This document shows, one piece after another, positions 1 to 9,857 of a stretch of DNA of 64,000 nt; positions within the stretch are counted from its first letter, which is position 1; each line of letters starts with the position of its first letter. Made by a program: the position numbers and the translations under genes. Source of the stretch: an uncultured Smithella sp. Lineage in GTDB: Bacteria > Desulfobacterota > Syntrophia > Syntrophales > Smithellaceae. The notes beneath the pieces were generated by a model. The model worked only from the letters and a program-made list of their open reading frames with translations. It was not told the DNA's origin and ran no database searches. The stretch is from assembly GCA_964646755.1 (NCBI GenBank), contig CAZYIE010000001.1, forward strand, positions 4,160 to 68,159. Reading direction: 5' to 3'.

Positions 1-450
1 GCCAAAACCGAGGTAGTAGTTACGGAGAATGTTGCCAGGCAAGTTCAGAGCGGGATTGTCCTGAAAAATGGCGATCAAAAAATAATTCAAGGCTTTCCGA
101 TTACTGCCGTGCCTGCATATAACCTTGTCAATATGCGCAGTCCCGGTGTTCCCTACCACGCTTGCGGAATCGGTAATGGTTACATCATAACCTGTGGGGA
201 CAAGCGCGTATATATTGCCGGAGACACTGAAAACATCCCGGAAATGAAGAGCCTCAATAATATTGATATTGCCTTTCTGCCCATGAATCTTCCCTACACG
301 ATGACGCCGGAGATGGTTGCTGATGCGGCAAAAGCCTTCCGCCCCAAAATCCTTTACCCCTACCATTACGGCAATACAAACACGCAAAAATTAATTGGCC
401 TGCTCAAAGACGAGAAAGATATTGAAGTGCGCATCCGCAAAATGATGTAA
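1..450 (+). CDS. MBL-fold metallo-hydrolase, 5'-partial (runs off the window start)
   Basis: Frame 1 is open from nt 1. The C-terminal sequence (YIAGDTENIPEM...ILYPYHYG) is typical of Lactamase_B-type hydrolases. It ends 12 nt before larC. Confidence 0.65.
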   Translation, partial: AKTEVVVTENVARQVQSGIVLKNGDQKIIQGFPITAVPAYNLVNMRSPGVPYHACGIGNGYIITCGDKRVYIAGDTENIPEMKSLNNIDIAFLPMNLPYTMTPEMVADAAKAFRPKILYPYHYGNTNTQKLIGLLKDEKDIEVRIRKMM

Positions 451-462
451 TGGGATTAATTT

Positions 463-1686
463 ATGAAGATATTATACTATGATTGTTTTTCCGGGATCAG
501 CGGCGACATGAATCTGGGTGTTCTCCTTGATCTTGGCGTTACTCCGGATTATCTGCTGGGCGAATTAAAAAAAATGGATATCGGGGAATACGAAGTCAAA
601 ATTACGCAAGACAAGAGAAAGGGCATTACGGGAACCAGAGTGGAGGTTATCGTGAATTCCGGTGTTGCAGTTTGCACCGGGCAGGCCTCCGGAGAAAGAA
701 CATTTAAGGACGTTGTCCAGATCATCAGCAAGAGCGATTTGTCCGCAAAGGTCAGGAACATCAGCCTCGATATTTTTACCAGGATCGCTGTGGCGGAAGG
801 AAAGATTCATGGATGTAAGACAGACGATGTCCATTTCCATGAAGTCGGGGCAGTCGATTCCATTGTTGATATTGTCGGTGCGGCGATTTGTCTGGATTGC
901 CTGCAACCGGAGCGGATAATTTCCTCTCCTGTGCAGCTGGGTGGCGGTTTTGTCCGGTGTGCTCATGGGATTTTGCCTGTCCCCGCGCCGGCGACTGTCG
1001 AAATACTCAGGGGTATTCCGGTAAAATCGGGCGCCGTTCCCTTCGAAACCACCACGCCTACTGGAGCCGCAATTCTGGCGGCTACAGTTGATGCTTTTAC
1101 GGAAGACCTTTGTTTTACGCCGCAGAAAATCGGTTACGGAATCGGTCACAGGGATACGGATATCCCGAATGTGCTGCGCGCTTATCTGGGAGAGATGCCG
1201 CCGGAAGCATTTTCGGGCGCTACGAAAGATACTTCAAAGCAGACGGCCATTCTGGTGGAATGTAACATCGACGATATGAACCCGGAAATGTATGAAGATG
1301 TAATGGAAGCTTTTTTTGCGGCCGGCGCCAGCGATGTTTTTCTTACGCCGATAATCATGAAGAAGTCCCGTCCGGCGATAAAGATCAGTGTCCTGTGCAG
1401 TCAAAGCGAACGTTTAGCTATCGAGGAGATCCTCTGGTTGTCCACCTCCACTTTCGGCTTGAGATCTCAGACAGTATCCAAATCAATGCTACAGCGCGAT
1501 TTTTCAACTGTCTCCACAAAATTCGGGGATGTATCCATTAAAAATGGCTATTGGCAGGGCCGGAAAATTAAATCCAAGGCAGAGTACGAAGATTGCAGAA
1601 GATTGGCGAAGGAGAATGGAGTCAGCGTAAAAGAAATATATGATTCTTTGTTTTCTGTCACGGAGCCGGTTGATCAGGAAAAATAA
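463..1686 (+). CDS. larC: Nickel-pincer cofactor biosynthesis protein LarC (nickel insertion, DUF111 family)
   Basis: The N-terminus MKILYYDCFSGISGDMNLGVLLDLG is the hallmark LarC/DUF111 start. Length is 407 aa and larB follows directly. Confidence 0.85.
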   Translation: MKILYYDCFSGISGDMNLGVLLDLGVTPDYLLGELKKMDIGEYEVKITQDKRKGITGTRVEVIVNSGVAVCTGQASGERTFKDVVQIISKSDLSAKVRNISLDIFTRIAVAEGKIHGCKTDDVHFHEVGAVDSIVDIVGAAICLDCLQPERIISSPVQLGGGFVRCAHGILPVPAPATVEILRGIPVKSGAVPFETTTPTGAAILAATVDAFTEDLCFTPQKIGYGIGHRDTDIPNVLRAYLGEMPPEAFSGATKDTSKQTAILVECNIDDMNPEMYEDVMEAFFAAGASDVFLTPIIMKKSRPAIKISVLCSQSERLAIEEILWLSTSTFGLRSQTVSKSMLQRDFSTVSTKFGDVSIKNGYWQGRKIKSKAEYEDCRRLAKENGVSVKEIYDSLFSVTEPVDQEK

Positions 1687-1697
1687 GGATGTATAAG

Positions 1698-2447
1698 ATG
1701 AATGCCAATGAGACGCGTTTGCTGCTGGAAAGTATCCGGGATAAGAAAATTGATATCGAAGAAGGCGTTGCCCGGTTACAGACGAATTCTTATGTAGATC
1801 TGGGATGCGCGAAGCTCGATATCCACCGGGAGCGCCGTGTTGGTTATCCGGAAGTGATCTATTGCCCGGGAAAAACAATTGAGCAGATCAAAACTATTAT
1901 TCAGGCGATGCTGCCGCTGGATTCGAACATCCTGGCCACACGGGCCACGGAGGCGCTGTATGACGAAATTAGGCACCTATGCCCCGCCGCCGTCTATAAT
2001 TCTCTCGCCCGGACTATCACTGTGCAGAAAAAAGTGATGGAAACACCGGACAGTTATATTGCCGTAGTTACAGCAGGAACATCGGACATGCCCGTTGCCG
2101 AAGAAGCGGCCGTGACCGCAGAAATTTTCGGCAATCGCGTGGAAAGGATCGTTGATGTCGGTGTGGCCGGTGTCCACCGCCTGTTTGACAAACTGGACAG
2201 CATCCGGGGAGCAAAAGTGATCGTCGTTGCCGCCGGCATGGAAGGAGCCCTGCCCAGTATCATCGGCGGGCTCGTGGACAAGCCGGTGATTGCCGTGCCG
2301 ACCAGTGTGGGCTATGGCGCCAGTTTCCAGGGAATCGCGGCGCTTCTGTCCATGCTCAACAGCTGTGCCGGCGGTGTTTGCGTGGTCAATATCGACAATG
2401 GTTTCGGGGCGGGGTATATGGCGAGCATGATTAACAAACTGAGATGA
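1698..2447 (+). CDS. larB: Nickel-pincer cofactor biosynthesis protein LarB (AIR-carboxylase-like NaAD carboxylase/hydrolase)
   Basis: PurE-like core (VVTAGTSDMPVAEEA...VVAAGMEGALPSIIGG). The ORF opens at 1689, but the ATG at 1698 has better spacing to the AAGGA RBS. Confidence 0.85.
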   Translation: MNANETRLLLESIRDKKIDIEEGVARLQTNSYVDLGCAKLDIHRERRVGYPEVIYCPGKTIEQIKTIIQAMLPLDSNILATRATEALYDEIRHLCPAAVYNSLARTITVQKKVMETPDSYIAVVTAGTSDMPVAEEAAVTAEIFGNRVERIVDVGVAGVHRLFDKLDSIRGAKVIVVAAGMEGALPSIIGGLVDKPVIAVPTSVGYGASFQGIAALLSMLNSCAGGVCVVNIDNGFGAGYMASMINKLR

Positions 2448-2716
2448 CAGGCTGTTGTAAAGCAGGTGCTTTTTAGTACAGGTGGTTTGGATAAGAACCA
2501 TAGTTTATCCGGTTAATGAGTTCTTAGGATTACGCTCTTTACTGTATAACACAATACACAGACATTGAAGAAAATGCTTGATTTCGAATGGAAATAGAGC
2601 GTAATATTTTTTTAAGCGGGGTGCGGTGAAAGGTGGACAACTCCCTCTGAAGCTGCAAATGGACATACTTTGAAATACATGCAAGCCCACAGACGTTACG
2701 AGAGAAAATTGATGTC

Positions 2717-3010
2717 ATGATTGACTTCGAATGGGATGCCGCAAAAGCTACAACGAACCTCCGAAAACATCGTGTTGCTTTCAGCGAGGCAACCACCGTT
2801 TTAAGGAACATTGCTAGCATTACGATCCACGATCCGGATCACTCTTTTGATGAAGACCGCTACATAACAATTGGAACATCGATTGCCGATCGGCTTTTAA
2901 TGGTTTCCCACACAGACCGGGGAGATCGAACCCGTATTATCAGTGCAAGGGAACTGACTAGAAAGGAGCGTGAAGCTTATGAAAACGAAATCCATAGACG
3001 AAAAAGATGA
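2717..3010 (+). CDS. brnT: BrnT-family (DUF497) ribonuclease toxin
   Basis: MIDFEWDAAKATTNLRKHRVAFSEA is the conserved BrnT N-terminus. It is 97 aa and overlaps the downstream antitoxin gene. Confidence 0.8.
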   Translation: MIDFEWDAAKATTNLRKHRVAFSEATTVLRNIASITIHDPDHSFDEDRYITIGTSIADRLLMVSHTDRGDRTRIISARELTRKEREAYENEIHRRKR

Positions 3011-3227
3011 CGAACTTCGTCCCGAATACGATCTTTCGTCCCTGCTCAAGGAAGGTGTGCGAGGCAAATACGCCAAGCGTTATGCGCAAGGGACAAACCT
3101 GGTTTTGCTGTCGCCTGATGTGGCAAAAAATTTCCCCAATGATGAAGCGGTGAACGAAGCGCTTCGTTTAGTAATACAGCTTAAAAAGATTCCGGGCAGC
3201 GGCAAGCGCCGGGTTATTGGGCTGTGA
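2979..3227 (+). CDS. brnA: BrnA-like antitoxin partner of BrnT
   Basis: The DDELRPEYD...VRGKYAKRY...GTNLVLLSPDVA...AVNEALR pattern is that of antitoxins paired with DUF497 toxins. The ATG at 2979 lies 10 nt after AGGAG and the gene overlaps the brnT 3' end. Confidence 0.65.
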   Translation: MKTKSIDEKDDELRPEYDLSSLLKEGVRGKYAKRYAQGTNLVLLSPDVAKNFPNDEAVNEALRLVIQLKKIPGSGKRRVIGL

Positions 3228-3600
3228 GAAAATAAGTCAAATTAAAGGGTAACGTTTCGGGATGTTGGCGGCATGATTTTAAAATTGATTATTTTGGATT
3301 TTAGGTGAAACAAAAAGCGCAATGATAATTTTTATTTGACATCTTCAATAATCATTATGAATCCGTAAACCTGTGAAATTGGTGAAGACCGACAGAAATG
3401 TTTACAAACGACCAGTCGGAAAATAGAACCATTGTCATCTTTTTTTCTCCCTGCGATGCCTTGCATCTAAACCCTTTTGAACAGTTTGTAAAAATTTGGA
3501 TGGTTTATTTTAGTAAAACTGGAAATTAGAAATAAATAGAGCCTTTCCATAAAATTATTTAATTGTTGGACGACGATAAAGAAAGGATGCTTGAGCAGAC

Positions 3601-5713
<2,113 letters not shown>

Positions 5714-5778
5714 AGAAGAGAGTCAAGTATTAAGAATCCGTAGATATTGACTTACATCATAGAAGGAGAAATTAAAAA

Positions 5779-5957
5779 ATGAAAAATGTAGAGATAAAAG
5801 TGGAAGAAAATATTCTGACTATTAAAGTTGATTTAACCAAAGAATTTGGCCCGTCAGCATCCGGAAAACTATTATCATTGCATCAACGGAAGGAAATATT
5901 ACCGTAGATGGGCATGAAAAAACTAAAATAGGATTGAATGTCTATAAAAAGAATTAA
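5779..5957 (+). pseudogene. Small conserved hypothetical gene (about 59 aa) interrupted by a 1-nt frameshift
   Basis: The ATG at 5779 follows a GAAGGAG RBS. It reads MKNVEIKVEENILTIKVDLTKEFGPSASGK, then the sense continues in another frame (TIIIASTEGNITVDGHEKTKIGLNVYKKN*) after the A-run at about 5866. Confidence 0.45.
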
Positions 5958-6093
5958 AGGTGCAGTGATTTATCGCTATCTTAAAAATAAATGAGACGGT
6001 TCTATTTAATATTGATGGCTGGTTTTATTATAAATATAACCGTCCCCATTTCTTCACCAGCCGTTGTATATCACAAGTTGTAAAACAATCTGA

Positions 6094-6122
6094 TTGACAA
6101 TTCGTAGCCGATAGGCTACACT
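6094..6122 (+). promoter_or_regulatory. Putative sigma-70 promoter of higA with an embedded palindromic operator
   Basis: TTGACA (6094-6099), a 17-nt spacer, then TACACT (6117-6122). The inverted repeat GTAGCC-gata-GGCTAC (6104-6119) fills the spacer. Confidence 0.35.
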
Positions 6123-6186
6123 GCTGACATGGTAGAAAATCGGAAAACCGAATTCTTCATTGGTGCAATAGTTATAGGAGTTCATT

Positions 6187-6504
6187 ATGGCAAAGACTGT
6201 TACAACAAAATATGACGTTGCCGAGCACCTCCGTACGCCGCAGGAGATGGCTGCTTATCTGGAGATGTGTATTGAAGAATCAAATGGCGATGCAGCGTTT
6301 ATTACTAAAGCATTGGGAGATATTGCCAAAGCAAGAGGTATGTCTCAAGTGGCAAGAGATGCCGGTCTTTCACGGGAAAGTCTGTATAAGGCGCTCTCCG
6401 GAGAAAGAAGTCCGGGATTCGATACCATTCTTAAAGTAATAAGCGCCCTGGGAATAAAGTTGCATGCAGAAGCAGCCGGGACAGCAAAGCTAAGAGTCAG
6501 ATAA
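6187..6504 (+). CDS. higA: HigA-family addiction-module antidote protein (HTH), with no cognate toxin gene upstream
   Basis: YDVAEHLRTPQEMAAYLE...ALGDIAKARGMSQVARDAGLSRESLYKALS matches the 'putative addiction module antidote' family. A GGAG RBS is present. Confidence 0.75.
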   Translation: MAKTVTTKYDVAEHLRTPQEMAAYLEMCIEESNGDAAFITKALGDIAKARGMSQVARDAGLSRESLYKALSGERSPGFDTILKVISALGIKLHAEAAGTAKLRVR

Positions 6505-6608
6505 AAGCAATCCAGCCGATCTTTTTTCCCCGGCATGTGTTCATCAGCTTGTTGCGTGGAATATCAATTTAATGGAATAATCAGTATATGTTGTGATGTA
6601 GAAATATT

Positions 6609-7433
6609 ATGGAAGCTGAAAGTAAGTTAGACATATTAAAAAATAACTTAAAACAAATGGAAAGAGTTGCCGTTGCCTATTCGGGAGGTGTGGACAGCAC
6701 ATTTCTGCTGAAAGTTGCTCATGATGTTATGGGAGATAAGGCAATCGCGGTGACGACGTGCTCGGCTGTTCATCCCGAAAGAGAGTTTCGTGAGGCTGCC
6801 GATTTTGTTCAGAAGGCGGGAATCAGGCATATAGTGATTTCTTCCGAAGAACTGGATATCGCAGGCTTTGCCGATAATCCCCCTAACCGTTGCTATTATT
6901 GCAAGAGGGAACTTCTGACGAAAACTCTTGAAGTGGCGCACAGCAATAATATTCAGCATGTTGTAGAAGGATCGAACGCTGACGATACGGGTGATTACAG
7001 GCCGGGGATGCAGGCCGTCAGAGAACTGGGTGTGAAAAGTCCTTTGCTGGAAGCAGGTCTCGGGAAAGAGGAGATTCGAATACTGTCGAAAAAGATGGAT
7101 TTACCTACCTGGAATAAACCTGCCTTGGCCTGCCTGGCTTCCAGGTTTCCTTATGGACAAAAGATAACCGGGGATAAACTTCGGGTTGTAGATCAGGCGG
7201 AGCAGTTTCTGTTAGATTTGGGTTTCCGTCAAGTTAGAGTCCGTCATCATGGCGATGTCGCCCGAATAGAAGTGGCCGCGACGGAACGGGATAGATTTTT
7301 TAATACTGGTCTGCTCGACAGAATTTATGAAAAATTCAAGCAATTGGGCTTTATGTACACGTCTCTTGATCTGAAAGGTTATCGCACCGGAAGCATGAAT
7401 GAAGTTATTAATACGGCTCAGATTAAAAAGTAA
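6609..7433 (+). CDS. larE: NPN-cofactor sulfur transferase LarE (PP-loop ATP pyrophosphatase)
   Basis: PP-loop AYSGGVDSTFLL, plus DYRPG, ASRFPYG, VRVRHHGDVARIE and LDLKGYRTGSMNE, collinear with LarE. It carries CYYCK and ACLASRF cysteines. Confidence 0.85.
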   Translation: MEAESKLDILKNNLKQMERVAVAYSGGVDSTFLLKVAHDVMGDKAIAVTTCSAVHPEREFREAADFVQKAGIRHIVISSEELDIAGFADNPPNRCYYCKRELLTKTLEVAHSNNIQHVVEGSNADDTGDYRPGMQAVRELGVKSPLLEAGLGKEEIRILSKKMDLPTWNKPALACLASRFPYGQKITGDKLRVVDQAEQFLLDLGFRQVRVRHHGDVARIEVAATERDRFFNTGLLDRIYEKFKQLGFMYTSLDLKGYRTGSMNEVINTAQIKK

Positions 7434-7520
7434 TAACGGAGAGCTTTACGAAAAGCACCTTTTCATTGCGATCAATTTACCAGATACTGTGCACCGGGTT
7501 ATTAATGGAAGAAACTGTAA

Positions 7521-7612
7521 TCTCCCCTCCCTTGACGGGAGGGGCAGGGGGTGGGTGAAAGCAAAAGCAAAAACTTTACCCTCCCCTCAATCCCCTCCCA
7601 CAAGGGGCGGGG
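7521..7612. repeat. GC-rich hairpin repeats (CCCCTCCC-loop-GGGNGGGG, two copies) just downstream of larE
   Basis: An 8-bp stem pairs 7524-7531 with 7537-7544. A second, bulged copy pairs 7592-7599 with 7604-7612. The CCCCTC motif occurs three times and there is no T-tract. Confidence 0.4.
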
Positions 7613-7699
7613 AAGTTTCGTAGGATAAATTGCGGATAAATTGGGACGACCGTCCCCTTAAATGTCTAAAAAAATGGTAAGATAAAATAAGGAATTTTT

Positions 7700-7993
7700 A
7701 TGGATTTTCTGGGCAGAAATATTTTTGAAATGATTATGATGATTTCTTTTGGCTTCTCCTGGCCTTTTTCCATCTATAAGAGCTATGTCTCCCGTTCTAC
7801 CCAAGGGAAAAGCCTTTTGTTCCTTTATATTGTCTGCGTAGGCTATCTAGCCGGAATTTTGCATAAAACATTTTACAGTTATGACTTTGTCATTATCTTT
7901 TACATCAATAATTTTTTATTGGTAGTGATTGATATTATCCTTTTCTACCGGAATTCATGGATAGAAAAGAAGCTGGTTACCAAGGCAATATAG
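7700..7993 (+). CDS. Small three-TM membrane protein, possibly PQ-loop/SemiSWEET-like
   Basis: 97 aa and hydrophobic. WPFSIYKSYVSRSTQGKS resembles a PQ-loop motif. The family assignment is weak. Confidence 0.45.
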   Translation: MDFLGRNIFEMIMMISFGFSWPFSIYKSYVSRSTQGKSLLFLYIVCVGYLAGILHKTFYSYDFVIIFYINNFLLVVIDIILFYRNSWIEKKLVTKAI

Positions 7994-8009
7994 AGTGGAT
8001 CATCCATAA

Positions 8010-8885
8010 ATGGAAAAACTTACTTTTTACATTGTTGATGTGTTTGCCGAGGAGAAGTTTGCCGGGAACCAATTGGCCGTTTTTCGTGGCGGTGGGAATC
8101 TTTCCTCGGATCAAATGCAGTCTATAGCCGGGGAGATGCATTTTTCGGAAACGACCTTTATTATATCCGAAGAGCAGCGGGAAGGTGGCTATGACGTCCG
8201 CATTTTTACTCCGGCCAGAGAAGTGCCTTTTGCCGGTCATCCCACATTAGGCACGGCTCATATTGTCCGCAGTGAAATAGTAAAGGATTGTCCTGCGGAA
8301 ATTATCTTGAATTTATCCGTTGGTCCGATACCTGTTACATTCGAAGCTGATATCAACTGGATGAAGCAGGTCAGTCCGGAGTTCGGGTGTAAGCTGGATG
8401 TTAATGCTTTGGCCGCAGTTCTGGGGCTTTCCCGATCAGAAATCGATGAGCGTTTTCCCATAGAAGAAGTATCCACTGGCCTGCCGCATATTATTGTGCC
8501 TCTTAAAAGATTGGATTCGTTAAAACGGATACAAGTTTCCTTGGATAAATATTATAATCTCATTAATAATACCTGGGCCAAACCGATTCTTGTTTTCTGT
8601 CCGGAATCTCATGCGGGATTAAATGACTTAAGCGTCCGCATGTTTGCCGATTATTACGGTGTGCCCGAAGATCCCGCCACAGGCAGCGGCAACGGCTGCC
8701 TTGCCGCCTACCTGGTCAAGAATCGGTACTGGGGGAAAAAGGGAATTAATGTCCGTTCCGAGCAGGGCTATGAGATCAATCGCCCCTCCCTTCTATATTT
8801 AAGAGCGGCGGAAATGGACGGGGAAATCGAAGTCTTGATCGGGGGAAAATCTATTACGGTTGCCCAGGGCAATTTGTTTATGTAG
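8010..8885 (+). CDS. PhzF-family isomerase/epimerase-like protein
   Basis: The FYIVDVFAEEKFAGNQLAVF start, FSETTF, and the paired active-site-type segments are typical of the PhzF/YddE family. Length is 291 aa. Confidence 0.85.
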   Translation: MEKLTFYIVDVFAEEKFAGNQLAVFRGGGNLSSDQMQSIAGEMHFSETTFIISEEQREGGYDVRIFTPAREVPFAGHPTLGTAHIVRSEIVKDCPAEIILNLSVGPIPVTFEADINWMKQVSPEFGCKLDVNALAAVLGLSRSEIDERFPIEEVSTGLPHIIVPLKRLDSLKRIQVSLDKYYNLINNTWAKPILVFCPESHAGLNDLSVRMFADYYGVPEDPATGSGNGCLAAYLVKNRYWGKKGINVRSEQGYEINRPSLLYLRAAEMDGEIEVLIGGKSITVAQGNLFM

Positions 8886-8927
8886 CTTGAAGTTGGAAAT
8901 TAGCATTAAAAAATAGCAGGAGTTTGT

Positions 8928-9172
8928 ATGCGGTTTCATAAAGTTATTTTGATTATCTGTCTGTTGTTGGCGCCCTCTTTAGTAAGCGCGGGAGAATATG
9001 ATGGCGGAGTGCAGGCAAAAGTTATTCTGAAAACGGTGATGTGATTATTGACGTTATGAATACGGGGACCAGACACAATGGAGTTAATGCCGGTAGCGTT
9101 CCAGTGAAATTGATTGTCTTCTATACCGGGGCAAAGGATATGCCCAACGTACTGAAAACAGCCGCGCCGTAA
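8928..9172 (+). pseudogene. Relic of a secreted cupin-domain gene (internal deletion and frame change)
   Basis: An AGGAG RBS and signal peptide (MRFHKVILIICLLLAPSLVSA...AKVILKT) stop at 9042. The frame opening at 9041 reads VIIDVMNTGTRHNGVNAGSVPVKLIVFYTGAKDMP, like a cupin C-terminus. The central part is missing. Confidence 0.35.
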
Positions 9173-9245
9173 TCTACTGCTTTGTCCTATCGGTAAAGGC
9201 AAAGGTGTAGGTTAAGTAGAGGGAAGTGAAAAAAATAATAAAAAA

Positions 9246-9277
9246 AGCTACTCCTGAAATCAGGAGTAGCTTTTTTC
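9246..9277. terminator. Rho-independent terminator (bidirectional appearance) downstream of hup
   Basis: A perfect 11-bp stem, AGCTACTCCTG-aaat-CAGGAGTAGCT, flanked by an A-run on the 5' side and a T-run on the 3' side. Confidence 0.65.
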
Positions 9278-9381
9278 TTATTGAATGGTGGTACTAATTC
9301 CAGCGAGAAATACAAGAACCGGAGCTAATAAAAACTTTTCAGTTGCAACTCGACAAAAGTGAATGTCGGCATAATAAAATG

Positions 9382-9654
9382 CTACTTTGCTACTGCTGCC
9401 TTTAGCGCCTTGCCGGCTGTAAACTTGGGAACTTTCTTTGCAGCGATTTTGATTGCCGCACCAGTCTGGGGATTTCTTCCTTTTCTGGCAGCTCTTTTAG
9501 CTACTGAAAAAGTTCCGAAACCAATTAATGTTACCTTATTGCCTTTTTTCAGGTCTTTTTTCACTGCATCCAAGAATGCATCCAGTGCTTTCGCAGCTTC
9601 CGCTTTTGTACATGTCGCTTTTGCCATTTCATTGATGATGTCCGCTTTGTTCAT
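9382..9654 (-). CDS. hup: DNA-binding protein HU
   Basis: [11 protein letters not shown]...[21 protein letters not shown], 90 aa, is a canonical HU/IHF-fold sequence. Confidence 0.92.
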   Translation of the reverse strand: MNKADIINEMAKATCTKAEAAKALDAFLDAVKKDLKKGNKVTLIGFGTFSVAKRAARKGRNPQTGAAIKIAAKKVPKFTAGKALKAAVAK

Positions 9655-9857
9655 TATTCCCTCCTTTTTAGATTAATTATTTTCCGCCAAGAGCATTAAC
9701 AATTAATGCTTTCGGAGTAAACTAGCACATATAATAATTTTCTTCTACAGAAAAATATGCCCAAAATCAATATTTTCTTTAAGGAATGAAACTGCCTGAA
9801 CGAACTTATTCCCGCCATGAAGCACGACTTGACATTTTCAATACGCAAGAAAGCGTT

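Noticed and set aside
565-1149. Long antisense or alternative-frame ORFs inside well-supported genes. Examples: 565-1149, 1977-2501, 10029-10580, 26670-27236, 34856-35434, 49375-49932, 54950-55390, 55799-56419, 62506-62964.
   Set aside because: Each overlaps a gene with clear family motifs on the other strand or frame, lacks an RBS and recognisable motifs, and has skewed, low-complexity composition. They are treated as shadow ORFs.
5991-6083. 30-codon hydrophobic ORF (MRRFYLILMAGFIINITVPISS...) upstream of higA as a small membrane toxin.
   Set aside because: It has no RBS, no recognisable family, and lies in an AT-rich spacer where such ORFs arise by chance. The evidence is insufficient.
7399-7623. 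74-aa ORF ending in ...PSPQSPPTRGGEVS.
   Set aside because: It is a translation of the larE 3' end and the GC-rich hairpin repeats. This peptide type is the usual artefact of such repeats.
9359-9676. 105-aa plus-strand ORF.
   Set aside because: It is an exact antisense shadow of the HU gene (9382-9654, minus strand), which is unmistakable.
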